Source: an uncultured Phascolarctobacterium sp. (GTDB lineage Bacteria > Bacillota > Negativicutes > Acidaminococcales > Acidaminococcaceae). From it: 64,000 nt of DNA. The position numbers were made by a program, and so were the translations under genes. Below, in pieces: positions 16,692-25,262 of this stretch. Within the stretch, counting starts at the first letter, position 1, and the number at the start of each line of letters is the position of its first letter. The DNA is taken from positions 7,361 through 71,360 of the forward strand of contig CANQBR010000002.1 in assembly GCA_947589605.1 (NCBI GenBank), given 5' to 3'. The notes under the pieces are model-generated. The model ran no database searches and was not told the DNA's origin. It was given only the letters and a program-made list of their open reading frames with translations.

Positions 16692-17672
16692 ATGAAAAGA
16701 TCGGCCGCAATAGCGGGACTGCTTTTGGCAGTGTGTGCTCTGCTGGCCTTCGGCTGCGCTCCCCCGTCTCAAGAGCCTGCTCCTCCCGTAAAGGCCGGCA
16801 GCTACAGCGTGACGGACGCTACTGCCCGCAGGCTCACCTTCAAAGAAAAACCGCAGCGCATCGTTTCTTTGAGTATCTCTGCCGATGAGATGCTTTTAGA
16901 TATGGTGGCCTCGGAGCGGATAGCTGCCCTCACCTATTTGGCAGACGAGCCGGGCATCTCTTCCGTGGCTGGGCGGGCCGGCGTTGTGAAGGAGAGGGTG
17001 AAGAGCGGCAGTTTGGAATCGGTGCTGGGGCCGCGGCCCGACTTGGTGCTGGCCCCCGATTGGATGGACGCGGATTTCGTTGAACTGCTGCGCAGCGCCC
17101 ATGTACCCGTTTACGTTTTTAAAACGCCGGGGACGATCGACGGCGTGAAAAAAACGGTGCTGGAGCTGGCGGCGGTGCTGGGAGAAAAAGAGTCCGGGGC
17201 GAAAGTCGCCGCCCGCATGGATGAGGAGCTGGCCTTCGTGAGCTCCCGCGTGGGCGATATCCCCCCTGAAGCTCGCATCGGCGTGATGGCTCTTTCTTAC
17301 ATGGGAGCCATCGGGCTGAAGGGCAGCACCTTCGACGACATCTGCGCCCGGGCCAACGTGCGCAACTTGGTGGGCGACTACGATCTGCCTCCCAACGTGG
17401 TCTTTTCCGAAGAAACTATGGTGAAGCTGGACCCCCAGCTGCTGCTTTTGCCCAGCTGGCGCTACGGCAACGAAGAAGACCCTGGGCAGATGAGAGAAGA
17501 TATTTTGCGCAACCCGGCCTATCAGAGCATCAGGGCGGTGAAGGACAAGAGAGTGGTGCAGATACGGGACAATTATCTGCACAGCACCTCTCACTACATA
17601 GTTTACGCCGTGCGTGAGCTGGCCGAGGCCGCTTACCCCGAACGCTTCAAAAATGTCGACGCTGAAAAATAA
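16692..17672 (+). CDS. ABC transporter periplasmic substrate-binding protein, BtuF/FhuD/haem-binding class (cluster A-2)
   Basis: Signal/lipobox-like N-terminus (LLAFGCAP). RIVSLSISADEMLLDMVASERIAALTYLAD, typical of the Peripla_BP_2 family. Confidence 0.8.
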   Translation: MKRSAAIAGLLLAVCALLAFGCAPPSQEPAPPVKAGSYSVTDATARRLTFKEKPQRIVSLSISADEMLLDMVASERIAALTYLADEPGISSVAGRAGVVKERVKSGSLESVLGPRPDLVLAPDWMDADFVELLRSAHVPVYVFKTPGTIDGVKKTVLELAAVLGEKESGAKVAARMDEELAFVSSRVGDIPPEARIGVMALSYMGAIGLKGSTFDDICARANVRNLVGDYDLPPNVVFSEETMVKLDPQLLLLPSWRYGNEEDPGQMREDILRNPAYQSIRAVKDKRVVQIRDNYLHSTSHYIVYAVRELAEAAYPERFKNVDAEK

Positions 17673-17703
17673 GACGCATCATGCGAAGGAGAGGATATAA
17701 AAA

Positions 17704-18336
17704 ATGGGCATTTTTTCTACCGCTTTCGATTATTTTTTAAGAGGAGGCCCCTGCATGTGGCCCCTTTTGCTCTGTTCTGTCGCCGTCATCGCCATCGGCG
17801 TGGAAAGGCATCTTTATTATAAAAAAGCTCTCTCCGACACCGGCTTCGTCATGGAGTTCTGCCGTTTGATGAACGCCTTCGATATAGAAGGGGCGAAAGA
17901 GTTGGCCAGAGAGAGCAAAGGAGACGGAGCCCAACTGGCGACGGACATCTTGGAGATAAAAGAAGACATGGGCAAGAGGCTGGAGTCTATCGCCTACGCC
18001 AAGGCCGACAGGGCCATCGAAGCGGCGGAGGAGCATTTGGACTTTTTGACCGTGCTCATCGGCTTGGCCCCCATGCTGGGGCTGTTGGGCACCATCACCG
18101 GCATGATCAGTTCTTTTAACGCTCTGAACGAAAGAGTGCAGAACCCCATGGCGGTGACCGCCGGCATCGGAGAAGCCCTCATCACCACCGTGTTCGGCCT
18201 CAGCATCGCCATCATCGGCATGTGCATCCACGCCTATTTATCGGGCAGAGTGAAGATGGCTTCCCTGAACATCTACGAATTGGCCAGCGTGCTGGTGGAC
18301 ATCATCCAGGCCAAAAACGCCGGCGGCAAGCTGTGA
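17704..18336 (+). CDS. exbB: MotA/TolQ/ExbB proton-channel protein
   Basis: Three TM segments and the conserved LGLLGTITGMISSF motif. Followed by exbD and tonB. Confidence 0.85.
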   Translation: MGIFSTAFDYFLRGGPCMWPLLLCSVAVIAIGVERHLYYKKALSDTGFVMEFCRLMNAFDIEGAKELARESKGDGAQLATDILEIKEDMGKRLESIAYAKADRAIEAAEEHLDFLTVLIGLAPMLGLLGTITGMISSFNALNERVQNPMAVTAGIGEALITTVFGLSIAIIGMCIHAYLSGRVKMASLNIYELASVLVDIIQAKNAGGKL

Positions 18337-18351
18337 GGGACGGTGGCGAAG

Positions 18352-18768
18352 ATGCGCAGACGACCCAGAAAGAAGAGTTTGCCGCCGCAATTGATGCTGA
18401 GCCCCATGATCGACATGATCTTTTTGCTGCTGGTCTTCTTCATCGTCAGCACCATGTATATGAGCGAGGTGAAGACCATCCCCATCAGGTTGCCGGCAGC
18501 GCAAAATTCCGAAACGGTCAGCAAGAGCAGTTTTTCCGTCACCGTTAAAAAAGACGGAGACCTTTATTTGGAAGATAAAAAGGTAGACCTGCCCTGGCTG
18601 GTGGCGGAAGCAGCGGCGGAGAGCAAACGGGACGCCGCTTTTTCGGTGATCATTAGGGCCGACGGAGACGCCGCCTATAAACGAGTGATCGAACTGATGG
18701 ACAAATTGAAAGGGGCAGGCGTTACCCGCTTCGGCCTGGCCACGGATATAGGCGATGCAAATGACTGA
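18352..18768 (+). CDS. exbD: ExbD/TolR biopolymer transport protein
   Basis: LSPMIDMIFLLLVFFIV TM helix followed by an ExbD periplasmic domain. ATG 18352 preferred over GTG 18343 because GAGGGA lies 11 nt upstream. Confidence 0.85.
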   Translation: MRRRPRKKSLPPQLMLSPMIDMIFLLLVFFIVSTMYMSEVKTIPIRLPAAQNSETVSKSSFSVTVKKDGDLYLEDKKVDLPWLVAEAAAESKRDAAFSVIIRADGDAAYKRVIELMDKLKGAGVTRFGLATDIGDAND

Positions 18769-19501
18769 GAAAGGCAGAAGATTGTGGAAGGGCTTCGGCG
18801 CAGCTGTGGCCGTGCACATCGCCGTGGCCGTGCTGCTGGGCATTTTGGGCTACACCTTTTCTCAGCGGCCGAGCCAGATCATCGAAGTGACCTTGGCCGG
18901 CGGCAACGATAAGGCCGCGGCGGCCAAAGGAGCGGACGATAAACAGCAGGTGGCGGCCAAGCAGGCAGCGCCCAAGCCCCAAGACGACGAGATAGTGGAG
19001 AAAAAGCGGCAGACGCCTCAAGAGCAGACCGCACAGCAGGAGAAGCCGCAGGAAACGAACGAAACTGCTCAAAGCAACGTGGACGACGGCAAGGCCGACG
19101 CCACCGGCACCGGGGGCGGAGCAGGCACAGGAGCCGGCAGCGGTGCAGGCACCGGGCAGGGCAGCGGCCAAGGCAGCGGCAGCGGAGCCGGCCAAGGCAG
19201 CGGCACCGGCGTGCCGGTAACGGCCCCGGCTCTCCTTTCTGGGGCAGAGCCGAAATATCCGGCTGCGGCCCGCAACCGCGAGATAGAAGGCACCGTGTAC
19301 GTGCGGATGCTGGTGAACACTCAAGGCCGGGTGGAGAGCGTGGAGGTGAGCCGCTCCAGCGGCAACGATGCTTTGGATAGGGCGGCGACGGACGCCGTCA
19401 ACACATGGCGCTTCCGCCCGGGGCGAGATGCGCAGGGCAGAGCGGTGCGTTGTTATATAACCGTGCCGGTGCGTTTCGTGCTCCACGACCGCCGCAGATA
19501 A
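18755..19501 (+). CDS. tonB: energy transducer TonB (Gly/Ser/Thr/Ala-rich rather than Pro-rich linker)
   Basis: N-terminal TM anchor. C-terminal TonB_C block: YPAAARNREIEGTVYVRMLVNTQGRVESVEVSRSSGNDALDRAATDAVNTWRFRPG. Confidence 0.85.
   Translation: MQMTEKGRRLWKGFGAAVAVHIAVAVLLGILGYTFSQRPSQIIEVTLAGGNDKAAAAKGADDKQQVAAKQAAPKPQDDEIVEKKRQTPQEQTAQQEKPQETNETAQSNVDDGKADATGTGGGAGTGAGSGAGTGQGSGQGSGSGAGQGSGTGVPVTAPALLSGAEPKYPAAARNREIEGTVYVRMLVNTQGRVESVEVSRSSGNDALDRAATDAVNTWRFRPGRDAQGRAVRCYITVPVRFVLHDRRR
19102..19210 (+). repeat. GGC/AGC/ACC-rich coding microrepeat (TonB linker GTGGGAGTGAGSGAGTGQGSGQGSGSGAGQGSGTG)
   Basis: Read directly in the DNA and in the translation. Confidence 0.8.
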
Positions 19502-19550
19502 AAAAGTTTTGAAAAACATTTGCTTAAATGCTTTTAAGGACGGTGCGCAA

Positions 19551-19922
19551 ATGAAAAAACAGTGGAAGATCTTGACTTTGGCCGCGCTCTTGGCCTTGGG
19601 GCCTTTTTCGACGGGCTTCGCCGCAGAAAAACAGGAGGAAGTGTCGGTGGACCCGGCGGCCACCAACATGCCAGGGGTCTATGTCGCTTTAGAAGAGGCA
19701 GTGCCGCCCATGCCGGTGAAGCCGGCATCATTGCAAGACGCCAAGGCGGTGACCGCTTATGTGGCGGCGGTGGATAAATATCTGCAGGCGCTGCAAAAAT
19801 ATGTGGACGGCACCACCAACGATCTGAACAGGATCATCGACGAGAGGAACAAAGCCATCGCCGCTGCCACCAAGGTGACGGAAGAGTACAACGCTTTCTT
19901 CGAAGCCAACAAGAAAAAATAG
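19551..19922 (+). CDS. secreted hypothetical protein, last gene of the exbBD-tonB cluster
   Basis: ATG 19551 with AAGGA upstream. Signal peptide MKKQWKILTLAALLALGPFSTGFAAE, then a coiled-coil-like C-terminus. Confidence 0.6.
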   Translation: MKKQWKILTLAALLALGPFSTGFAAEKQEEVSVDPAATNMPGVYVALEEAVPPMPVKPASLQDAKAVTAYVAAVDKYLQALQKYVDGTTNDLNRIIDERNKAIAAATKVTEEYNAFFEANKKK

Positions 19923-19935
19923 GCGGCAGTGAAAA

Positions 19936-19970
19936 AATCATGACCACCCCTCTTAGGGGTGGTCATGATT
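19936..19970. terminator. perfect 15-bp hairpin (AATCATGACCACCCC-tctta-GGGGTGGTCATGATT)
   Basis: 14 nt after the stop at 19922. An A-run precedes it on the + strand, and there is no T-run after it on +. Confidence 0.5.
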
Positions 19971-20307
19971 GTGTGACGAAAACTTTGCTTTGGTGGCGTT
20001 CTTTTCGTCATGGCGGGGGATAAGATCGTTACGGGATTTAATTAGTGTTGCTTTCAAACATTTTTATCCGACCGCAACATGATACAATAGGTTTTTTAAA
20101 ATCTCTCATCCGATTTTACAAAAGATGCTCGCCGCTAGGCGCCGCAAAAAAATCTCGCGGCTTTTTTACAGAGCGGAGCCTCTCTTCCTCGGAGGCTTCC
20201 GCTCTTTTCATTTATCCGGCGGTATGATAAAATAAATCGGAGAATGATTTTCGCAAAGGAGGGCCGCAAGGCTTCCGCACAAAGAAAAAACAGTAAAGGA
20301 GCTTCTC

Positions 20308-22026
20308 GTGCTGCGCGATCTGCTGCCTTATTACAAACCGTATAGGATCCGGCTGGCCTTGGTGCTGGCGGGCGCTGTGCTCACCAGTTTGGTGGAGCTT
20401 TTCTTTCCTCTTTGCATTCGCTACATCATGGACCAAGTGCTGCCCAAAAAAGATCTGGTGCTGTTGGCCCAATTGTCATTGGGCCTTTTAGCGGGCTACA
20501 TCTTCAACTTGGCCATCAACTATCGGGTATCGGTGGAGGGACGGCTGGTGGGGGCCCTCATGGAGCGGGATCTCAGGCAAAAACTTTTCGAGCATGTGTC
20601 TCGCTTCAGCTTTAAATACTTCGACAATCATCAGGTGGGGCAGTTGCTGTCCCGCATCGTAGGCGACATCGCCGAGATCAGGGAGCTGGTCTCTTTAGGC
20701 CCCAACTTTCTTTTGGTGTGCACCATCTTCATGGTAGGCACAGCAGTCATCCTCTTTTCTTTGAATTGGAAACTGGCTCTTTTGATCAATGCTTTTCTCG
20801 TCGCCAAAGCATGGGACTCTTTCGTTACTAACCGCAAGCTGAAAGAGATGGGGCGGGCTACCAGGGGGGCTGTAGGCAATATCAGCGGTCGCGTGGCCGA
20901 AAGCCTCAGCGCCGTGCGTTTGGCTCAGGCCTTCACCAACGAAGACTTGGAGGCCCAAAGGCTGGCCAAAGAGGCAGAGGTCCTTTTGGCCTACCGCAAG
21001 AAAAATTTCCAACTTTTGGCCCACAGCCATGTGAGCATGGTGTTCTTCACCAATGTCATAAATTTGGCCATCATCTGCGCCGGCGGCGTGCTCATTTATA
21101 CGAGCGGCATGAAGATGAGCGATCTGGTGGCCTTCTTGCTCTATGTGGCCATCTTCGTGCGGCCGGTGCTGCGGCTCAATGCTTTGGCCGAAGTCTATCA
21201 AAAGGGAGTAGCGGGCTTTGCCCGTTACCAAGAACTGCTGAAAGAGCAGGGGGGCATCCCCGAGGCCGAGGATGCTTTCGACCCGGGGCCTCTTTGCGGC
21301 AACATCGTCTTTGAAGACGTTACCTTCGGTTATCGAGAAGATAGGCAAGTTTTGAAACATTTTTCTCTTGCCGTTAAGGCCGGGGAAGCGGTGGCCTTCG
21401 TGGGCAGCACCGGCGTGGGCAAAAGCACTCTCTGCAATTTGCTGCCTCGTTTTTACGAACTGCAGGGAGGCCGGATCACCATCGACGGCATCGACATAAA
21501 GAAGATGACTTTGGCAGGATTGCGCCGCAACATCGGCAGCGTGGCTCAAGATATCTTTCTTTTTGCCGACACCGTTTATAACAACATCGCTTACGGCAGG
21601 CCCGGGGCTACGCGAGAGGAAGTGGAGCAGGCGGCGATATTGGCCGAGGCCGATCGTTTCATCAAACTTTTGCCCCATGGTTATGACAGTGAATTGGGCG
21701 AAAGGGGCGTTAAATTGAGCGGAGGGCAGAAGCAGAGGCTGGCCATAGCTCGGGCTTTTTTGAAAGATCCTTCCATCCTTATCTTAGATGAAGCCACTTC
21801 TTCTTTGGACAACGAAACAGAACAGGCTATCCAGAATTCGCTCGCTGCTTTGAGCAAAGACCGCACCACTCTCATCATTGCCCATCGTCTGGCCACCATC
21901 AAAAATGCCGATAGGATAGTGGTCTTAAAAGACGGGGGCATCGCCGAACAGGGCACACATCATGAACTGCTGGCCGCTAAGGGCGAGTATTACAGATTAT
22001 ACATGGCTCAGTTCAAGGAGGATTGA
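20308..22026 (+). CDS. ABC exporter, fused permease/ATPase (MsbA/multidrug type)
   Basis: Six-TM N-domain. GSTGVGKST Walker A, LSGGQKQRLAIARA signature, ILILDEATSSLD Walker B. GTG start with AAGGAG 7 nt upstream. Confidence 0.9.
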   Translation: MLRDLLPYYKPYRIRLALVLAGAVLTSLVELFFPLCIRYIMDQVLPKKDLVLLAQLSLGLLAGYIFNLAINYRVSVEGRLVGALMERDLRQKLFEHVSRFSFKYFDNHQVGQLLSRIVGDIAEIRELVSLGPNFLLVCTIFMVGTAVILFSLNWKLALLINAFLVAKAWDSFVTNRKLKEMGRATRGAVGNISGRVAESLSAVRLAQAFTNEDLEAQRLAKEAEVLLAYRKKNFQLLAHSHVSMVFFTNVINLAIICAGGVLIYTSGMKMSDLVAFLLYVAIFVRPVLRLNALAEVYQKGVAGFARYQELLKEQGGIPEAEDAFDPGPLCGNIVFEDVTFGYREDRQVLKHFSLAVKAGEAVAFVGSTGVGKSTLCNLLPRFYELQGGRITIDGIDIKKMTLAGLRRNIGSVAQDIFLFADTVYNNIAYGRPGATREEVEQAAILAEADRFIKLLPHGYDSELGERGVKLSGGQKQRLAIARAFLKDPSILILDEATSSLDNETEQAIQNSLAALSKDRTTLIIAHRLATIKNADRIVVLKDGGIAEQGTHHELLAAKGEYYRLYMAQFKED

Positions 22027-22029
22027 GAG

Positions 22030-22743
22030 ATGAAGTTGGATGCTCGCTTGGCCGCCGTTGCTTCTTTGATAGAAGAGGGCTGTCCTCTGGCAGATATAGG
22101 CACGGACCACGCCTATCTGCCCTGTGCTCTCGTAGCCGGCGACCGCTCCCCCTTTGCCGTGGCGGCGGATGTGGCGGCGGGGCCCTGTGAAGCGGCGAAA
22201 CGGACGGTGAAAGCACTGAAGCTGGAAGCTAAGGTGGCAGTGCGGCAGGGAGACGGCCTCGCAGTTTTGAGGGACGAGCCTCACTTGGAAGATTTTTACA
22301 TCGTGATAGCCGGCATGGGCGGGAGCACCATCGCCGCCATTTTGGAAAAAGATCTTGAAGTGGCCGAAAAAGCAAAGGGCCTCGTCCTGCAGCCCATGGC
22401 CGGCGCCGCCGGCCTGCGAAGCTTCCTCTGCGATCGGGGCTTTGCCCTTATCAAAGAAGAATTGGTGCAGCAAGGCGAGCACCTTTATGAGATCATCGCA
22501 GCCGCCAAAGGAGAGAGCTGCCGCTACAGCCCGGGGCAGTTGCTGCTGGGGCCTCTGCTCCTGCGAGACAGGCACCCTCTTTTAAAACTGCAGCTGGCCA
22601 AGCAGCGGGGCAAATTGGCCCGCACTTTGGCCGCCATGGCCCAAGGCAGCGAAGCGGTGAACAGCCCCAAGTACAAATATTTATTGCAGTTGGCCGAAGA
22701 AGCGGAGGAGATAGAAGATGCGTGGCACGATAACCGTAGCTGA
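22030..22743 (+). CDS. trmK: tRNA (adenine22-N1)-methyltransferase TrmK
   Basis: MKLDARLAAVASLIEEGCPLADIGTDHAYLPCALV matches the TrmK/YqfN N-terminus. Followed by nif3 as in the Bacillus yqfN-yqfO pair. Confidence 0.8.
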   Translation: MKLDARLAAVASLIEEGCPLADIGTDHAYLPCALVAGDRSPFAVAADVAAGPCEAAKRTVKALKLEAKVAVRQGDGLAVLRDEPHLEDFYIVIAGMGGSTIAAILEKDLEVAEKAKGLVLQPMAGAAGLRSFLCDRGFALIKEELVQQGEHLYEIIAAAKGESCRYSPGQLLLGPLLLRDRHPLLKLQLAKQRGKLARTLAAMAQGSEAVNSPKYKYLLQLAEEAEEIEDAWHDNRS

Positions 22744-23508
22744 AGCAGCGGCCCTTTTAGAGAGCATGGTGCCGCAGCGTCTGGCAGCAGCATGGGATAA
22801 CGTGGGCCTGCTGCTGGGCAGAAAGCAGCATAAGGTCGAGAAGATATTGCTGGCTCTTGATCTTACGGAAGATACCTGCCGGCAGGCCTGTGAAGAAAAA
22901 GCGGACCTCTTGGTCACTCATCATCCGGTGATCTTTCAGCCGTTGAAACAGATGACCGGGGATACTTGGCGGCAGGAACTGCTGCTGCGGCTGGCAGAGC
23001 AGCAGATCGCCGTTTATTCAATGCACACCAATTTAGACTGCGCCGCCCACGGAGTCAATATGGCTTTGGCCAAAAAGCTGAAGATAAGAGATGTTTTCGA
23101 ACTGGACGAAGAGTGCGGGCTGGGGCGCATAGGTTATTTGGAAGAGCCTCAGCCGGATGTGCGCTCTTTTGCCCTGATCGTGAAAAAACACTGCGGGCTT
23201 CTTACGTGGCCTATGGGGATGCCGGCCGCCCGGTGCGGCGGGTGGCGGTGTGCGGCGGGGCAGGGGCCGACTTGGTGCCTCAAGCTTTGGCCAAAGGAGC
23301 CGACACTTTGGTGACGGGGGACGTCACCTATCACAAAGCGCAGGAAGCGGTCTATCAAGGTTTGAACATCATCGATGCAGGACATCAGAGCAGCGAGTGG
23401 CCCGTTTTGGAAGAATTGGCGGATCGGCTGTCCCTGCGTTTTACGGAAAAGAATTGGCCCATCACCGTTACGGTGGCGAAAGAAGAACTTTTGCTGAAGG
23501 GGGTGTGA
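22718..23508 (+). pseudogene. Nif3-family dinuclear-metal-centre protein (YqfO/YbgI-like) interrupted by a frameshift at an A6 run
   Basis: The N-terminal 2/3 lies in the frame of ORF 22718-23314 (DNVGLLLG, LLVTHHPVIF). The C-terminal 1/3 lies in the frame of ORF 22966-23508 (VRRVAVCGGAGADLV...GADTLVTGDVTYHKA...IDAGHQSSEW). The frames join cleanly if A6 at 23183-23188 is read as A7. Confidence 0.8.
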
Positions 23509-23512
23509 AGGA

Positions 23513-24445
23513 ATGTTGATCAAAGATCTTAAAGTGGGCAGCCAAGTGCGGCAGGCTCTGCTGCTGCGGGTGCAAAAAGTGGGGACCAGCAGCAAGGGGG
23601 GCACCTATGCCCGGGGCTTGGCCGAAGACAAGAGCGGCCGCGTGCAGTTCATCTGTTTCGAAAAAAGTTCCGTGGAAAAACTGGCTTCCTTGGACGGCCC
23701 CACTGCCTTTAAAGTAACGGGGGCGGTGGATGCCTACAAGTACAGCGACGAACAGGTGAACCAATTGATGGTGCAGCACGTGGAGCCGCTGGGGCCCGAC
23801 GACGACATCAAAAACATCATCCCCGACGGCGATTTCGATAAAGAAGTTTACGTCACAAAGTTGGCCAACCTCATCAAGACAGTGCGCAATCCCGTGTATC
23901 ACGGTTTATTGGAAGAGATATTCAAAGGGGAAACTTATGAGCGCTTCTTGAAAAACCCAGCCGGTTCCCGTCTGCATCATGCCTATTTGGGCGGTCTTCT
24001 GCAGCACTCGGTGGATGTGGCGGGCCTAGCCTTGGTCATGGCGGAGCAGATCGGCGGCGCCGATAAGGAATTGGTCATCACCGGTGCTCTTCTTCACGAC
24101 ATCGGCAAATTGAAAGAGATCTCTTATCAGGTGGGCTTCCCCTATACCGACAGCGGCCGTTTCGTGGGACACATCTGCTTTTCCGCTTTAACGGTGCAGG
24201 AAGCCGCCTTGAGATTGAAGATCCCCCTGTACAAATTGGAGAAACTTTTACATGTGCTTTTGTCTCATCACGGCGATAACGAAAAGGGTTCCCCGGTGGC
24301 CTGCGGCACCAAGGAAGCTTTCATCGTCCATTACGCCGATGAGATAGACGCCGTCATGAACCAATTCGCCGCAAGCGACGAGGCAGGCAAAGAAAGCTGG
24401 CAGTTCAACAAAATGCTGCAGCGTTATCTTTATACCAAAGCATGA
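23513..24445 (+). CDS. yhaM: 3'-5' exoribonuclease YhaM-like (OB-fold + HD domain)
   Basis: N-terminal OB-fold (VGSQVRQALLLRVQKVGTSSKGGTYARGLAEDKSGRVQFICF). HD domain (HHAYLGGLLQHS...LLHDIGK). Confidence 0.8.
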   Translation: MLIKDLKVGSQVRQALLLRVQKVGTSSKGGTYARGLAEDKSGRVQFICFEKSSVEKLASLDGPTAFKVTGAVDAYKYSDEQVNQLMVQHVEPLGPDDDIKNIIPDGDFDKEVYVTKLANLIKTVRNPVYHGLLEEIFKGETYERFLKNPAGSRLHHAYLGGLLQHSVDVAGLALVMAEQIGGADKELVITGALLHDIGKLKEISYQVGFPYTDSGRFVGHICFSALTVQEAALRLKIPLYKLEKLLHVLLSHHGDNEKGSPVACGTKEAFIVHYADEIDAVMNQFAASDEAGKESWQFNKMLQRYLYTKA

Positions 24446-25176
24446 GGGCAGTTCAGAGTATCGAAGAAGCGGAGATAGAGGGGCTGCGCATAGTTCTGCG
24501 GCGCAAAAAAGTCCTCTACCTGCGGCTGAGCGTGGACAGAAGAGGGCAGGTGAGCTGCTCCGTGCCCCTTTTCAGCAGGCGGGAGGATGTGGAAAAATTT
24601 TTGCGGGAGCGGTTGCCTTGGCTGCGAAAAAAGCTGGCGGCTCTGCGTCTTGACGAGCAGACTCCCGACCCGGACGCCGGCCCCGCAGGGGACAGGCAGT
24701 GGTTCTTCGGCCGCCTTTATGAAGTACGCACCGCCGAAGATATCACGCAGCCGCTTTTTAGCGGCGAGTTCTTCCTGTTGCCGCAAAGTTACAGCTCTTT
24801 GCAAAAAGAAGCGGCCCTCAAGAGCTTGCTGCAAAAACTCTTCACCCGCGAGGTGGAGATCGCGCTGCAAAAGTGGCAGCCTCTTTTGGGCCTTTACGCC
24901 CGCGCTTGGCAATTATTGAACGGCAAGAGCCGCTGGGGCCTGTGTCTTCCAGCCAAGGGACTCGTGAAATTCAATTTTCGTTTGGTGTACAGACCGAGAG
25001 CTTGTTTGGATTATGTCGTGGTGCACGAGTTGGCCCATTTGCGTCATGCCGATCACGGCGAAAAGTTTTGGCGAGCGGTGAGCTCCGTTTTGCCCGATCA
25101 CAAAAAGCGGCGGCAGTTGCTGAATAACTTTCTCTTTTTGGCCGAGGGGCAGGGCCGGCCGCTAAATAATTTATGA
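24442..25176 (+). CDS. DUF45/YgjP-like M48-type zinc metallohydrolase
   Basis: VVHELAHLRHADHGEKFWRAV (HExxH...H...FW) is the characteristic DUF45 motif. Confidence 0.75.
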   Translation: MRAVQSIEEAEIEGLRIVLRRKKVLYLRLSVDRRGQVSCSVPLFSRREDVEKFLRERLPWLRKKLAALRLDEQTPDPDAGPAGDRQWFFGRLYEVRTAEDITQPLFSGEFFLLPQSYSSLQKEAALKSLLQKLFTREVEIALQKWQPLLGLYARAWQLLNGKSRWGLCLPAKGLVKFNFRLVYRPRACLDYVVVHELAHLRHADHGEKFWRAVSSVLPDHKKRRQLLNNFLFLAEGQGRPLNNL

Positions 25177-25262
25177 CCACTCCCTTTTTGCCGTACTTTA
25201 TGATATAATGATTTTGCCCGAGCCTAAACGGGACGGGCGAGCAGCTAAGAGGAGAAAAGGCT

